64,000 bases of DNA from Asterias rubens (taxonomy: Eukaryota): assembly GCF_902459465.1 (NCBI RefSeq), contig NW_022985693.1, positions 1,426,001 through 1,490,000 of the forward strand, written 5' to 3'. The notes below the pieces were generated by a model that ran no database searches, was not told the origin of the DNA, and saw only the letters and a program-made list of their open reading frames with translations. Shown one piece after another: positions 63,573 to 64,000 of the stretch; within the stretch, counting starts at the first letter, position 1; every line of letters begins with the position of its first letter. A program made the translations under genes and the position numbers.

Positions 63573-64000
63573 AATATTCCAACCATGCAAAGTTTCAACT
63601 CCTACCTAAGTGGGTTTAGTTCTTTTGTTCTTTAGTACGGATTAATGGTTGCACCCGTTGCTAGTGGTGAGAATCGGTTTACTTTAGCCCACATCAGGGC
63701 ATCACTCAAAGCAATCACTGACTTTCCATCCTCCAAGAAAAATACAGGACCCTGAAATATCAAATTATTGAAGAAAAGCAAATCATAGACAACATTACAC
63801 AAATGGTAATGTTCTTATAGTTTGTTGACCCCAAAGTCATTGCATGCTGAGTCAAGGTCATTGCGTACTTAGCCGAGATAAAACTGCGACCATTCATGGT
63901 GAAAGCATAAAGTATTCGTGATCCCGAAAGCAGAAGAATCTCACGCTAGATATGGTGTTTTTAGATGTAAACTAACAACTTGCGTTGACTTATACATATG

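Overview
AT-rich, intron-rich eukaryotic (animal) genomic DNA. The TACATGTA-rich introns, TTAA-flanked MITE families and tRNA-SINEs suggest an invertebrate deuterostome, probably an echinoderm such as a sea star (inference). I assembled six spliced genes by hand from splice signals and reading phase: a Diaphanous-related formin (first two coding exons, minus strand, running off the left edge), GEMIN8 (-), a telomeric repeat-binding factor with TRFH plus telobox Myb domain (+), a PP2C phosphatase of the MGQTLSEP/T23F11.1-like class (-), MITD1 (-) and SPATA4 (+). There are two head-to-head pairs, GEMIN8/TRF and MITD1/SPATA4. The rest is non-autonomous DNA transposons, SINEs, LINE remnants, tandem repeats and one 149-N gap. 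The most notable observations are: (1) two frame-incompatible routes through the TRF linker exons, one carrying a weak TRF2 Rap1-binding-motif-like segment; (2) a textbook U12 minor intron in the PP2C gene; (3) a duplicated decoy splice acceptor ahead of the last PP2C exon; (4) a repeat whose arms are inverted tRNA-like heads; (5) a shuffled triplication of the putative PP2C promoter; (6) nested micro-transposons in the GEMIN8/TRF shared promoter. I found no CRISPR array, rRNA, intact transposase or clearly novel multi-gene system. All family assignments come from recalled motifs, not database searches.
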